A stretch of DNA of 64,000 nt, taken from assembly GCA_030390025.1 (NCBI GenBank), contig CM059432.1:62436001-62500000 (forward strand), read 5' to 3'. The notes under the pieces were generated by a model. That model did not search any database. It saw only the letters and a program-made list of their open reading frames with translations, and was not told where the DNA came from. Below are positions 63,395 through 64,000 of the stretch, piece by piece (within the stretch, counting starts at the first letter, position 1; each line of letters starts with the position of its first letter). The DNA is from Squalus acanthias. Lineage: Eukaryota. The position numbers and the translations under genes are program-made.

Positions 63395-63978
63395 TAGAAA
63401 CATAGCAAAATAGGAGCAGGAGTAGGCCATTCGGCCCTTCGAGCCTGCTCTGCCATTCAATATGATCATGGCTGATCCTCTATCTCAATACCATATTCCC
63501 GCTCTCTCCCCATTCCCCTTGATAACTTTTGTGTCTAGAAATCTATCTATCTCCTTCTTAAATATAATCAGTGACTTGGCCTCCACAGCCTTCTGTGGTA
63601 GAGAATTCCACAGGTTCACCACCCTGAGTGAAGAAATTTCTCCTCATCTCAGTCCTAAATGTCCTACCCCGTATCCTGAGACTGTGACCCCTCGTTCTAG
63701 ACCCCGCAGCCAGAGGAAACATCCTCCATGCATCCAGTCTGTCTAGCCCTGTCAGAATTTTATACGTTTCAATGAGATCCCCTCTCATTCTTCTAAACTC
63801 TAGTGAACACAGGCCTAGTCGACCCAATCTCTCCTCATACGACAGTCCTGCCATCCCAGGAATCAGTCTGGTGAACCTTCGCTGCACTCCCTCTATGGCA
63901 AGTATATCCTTTCTTAGGTAAGGAGACCAAAACTGCACACAGTACTCCAGGTGTGGTCTCACCAAGTCCCTGTATAAC
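63395..63978 (-). mobile_element. CR1 3' fragment
   Basis: [23 protein letters not shown] 63558-63980 plus 3' UTR. Confidence 0.9.
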
Positions 63979-64000
63979 AATAGTAAAAATTGAGAGGTCG

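Noticed and set aside
1817..63980. Many 60-250 aa ORFs antisense to or out of frame within LINEs and MITEs
   Set aside because: Shadow ORFs of repeat sequence with no independent homology or gene structure
56700..64000. The PRKDC exon upstream of 56652 (LGSLGGQINK region)
   Set aside because: Not found by eye; presumably beyond 64000, though a divergent short exon could have been missed

Overview
Vertebrate genomic DNA, most likely a cartilaginous fish (inferred from the CR1/L2/Penelope/Deu-SINE repeat content and protein divergence). The whole window lies inside PRKDC (DNA-PKcs) on the minus strand. I delimited 23 consecutive GT-AG coding exons by hand (56652 down to 977), corresponding to about human residues 873-2069 from recalled sequence and ending with the PQR autophosphorylation exon; both gene ends lie outside the window. 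One exon (17284-17461) is 1 nt short and carries a frameshift with a premature stop, which is either an assembly error or a null allele. Introns are packed with often nested CR1, L2 and RTE LINEs, SINEs, Harbinger-like MITEs with 3-bp TSDs, and Penelope-like elements. The main non-coding signals are minimal hammerhead-ribozyme motifs of two Penelope-type families, including a tandem pair on the PRKDC pre-mRNA strand, long fold-back palindromes, and MITEs carrying promoter motifs plus consensus splice donors. Repeat boundaries are approximate unless a TSD is given.
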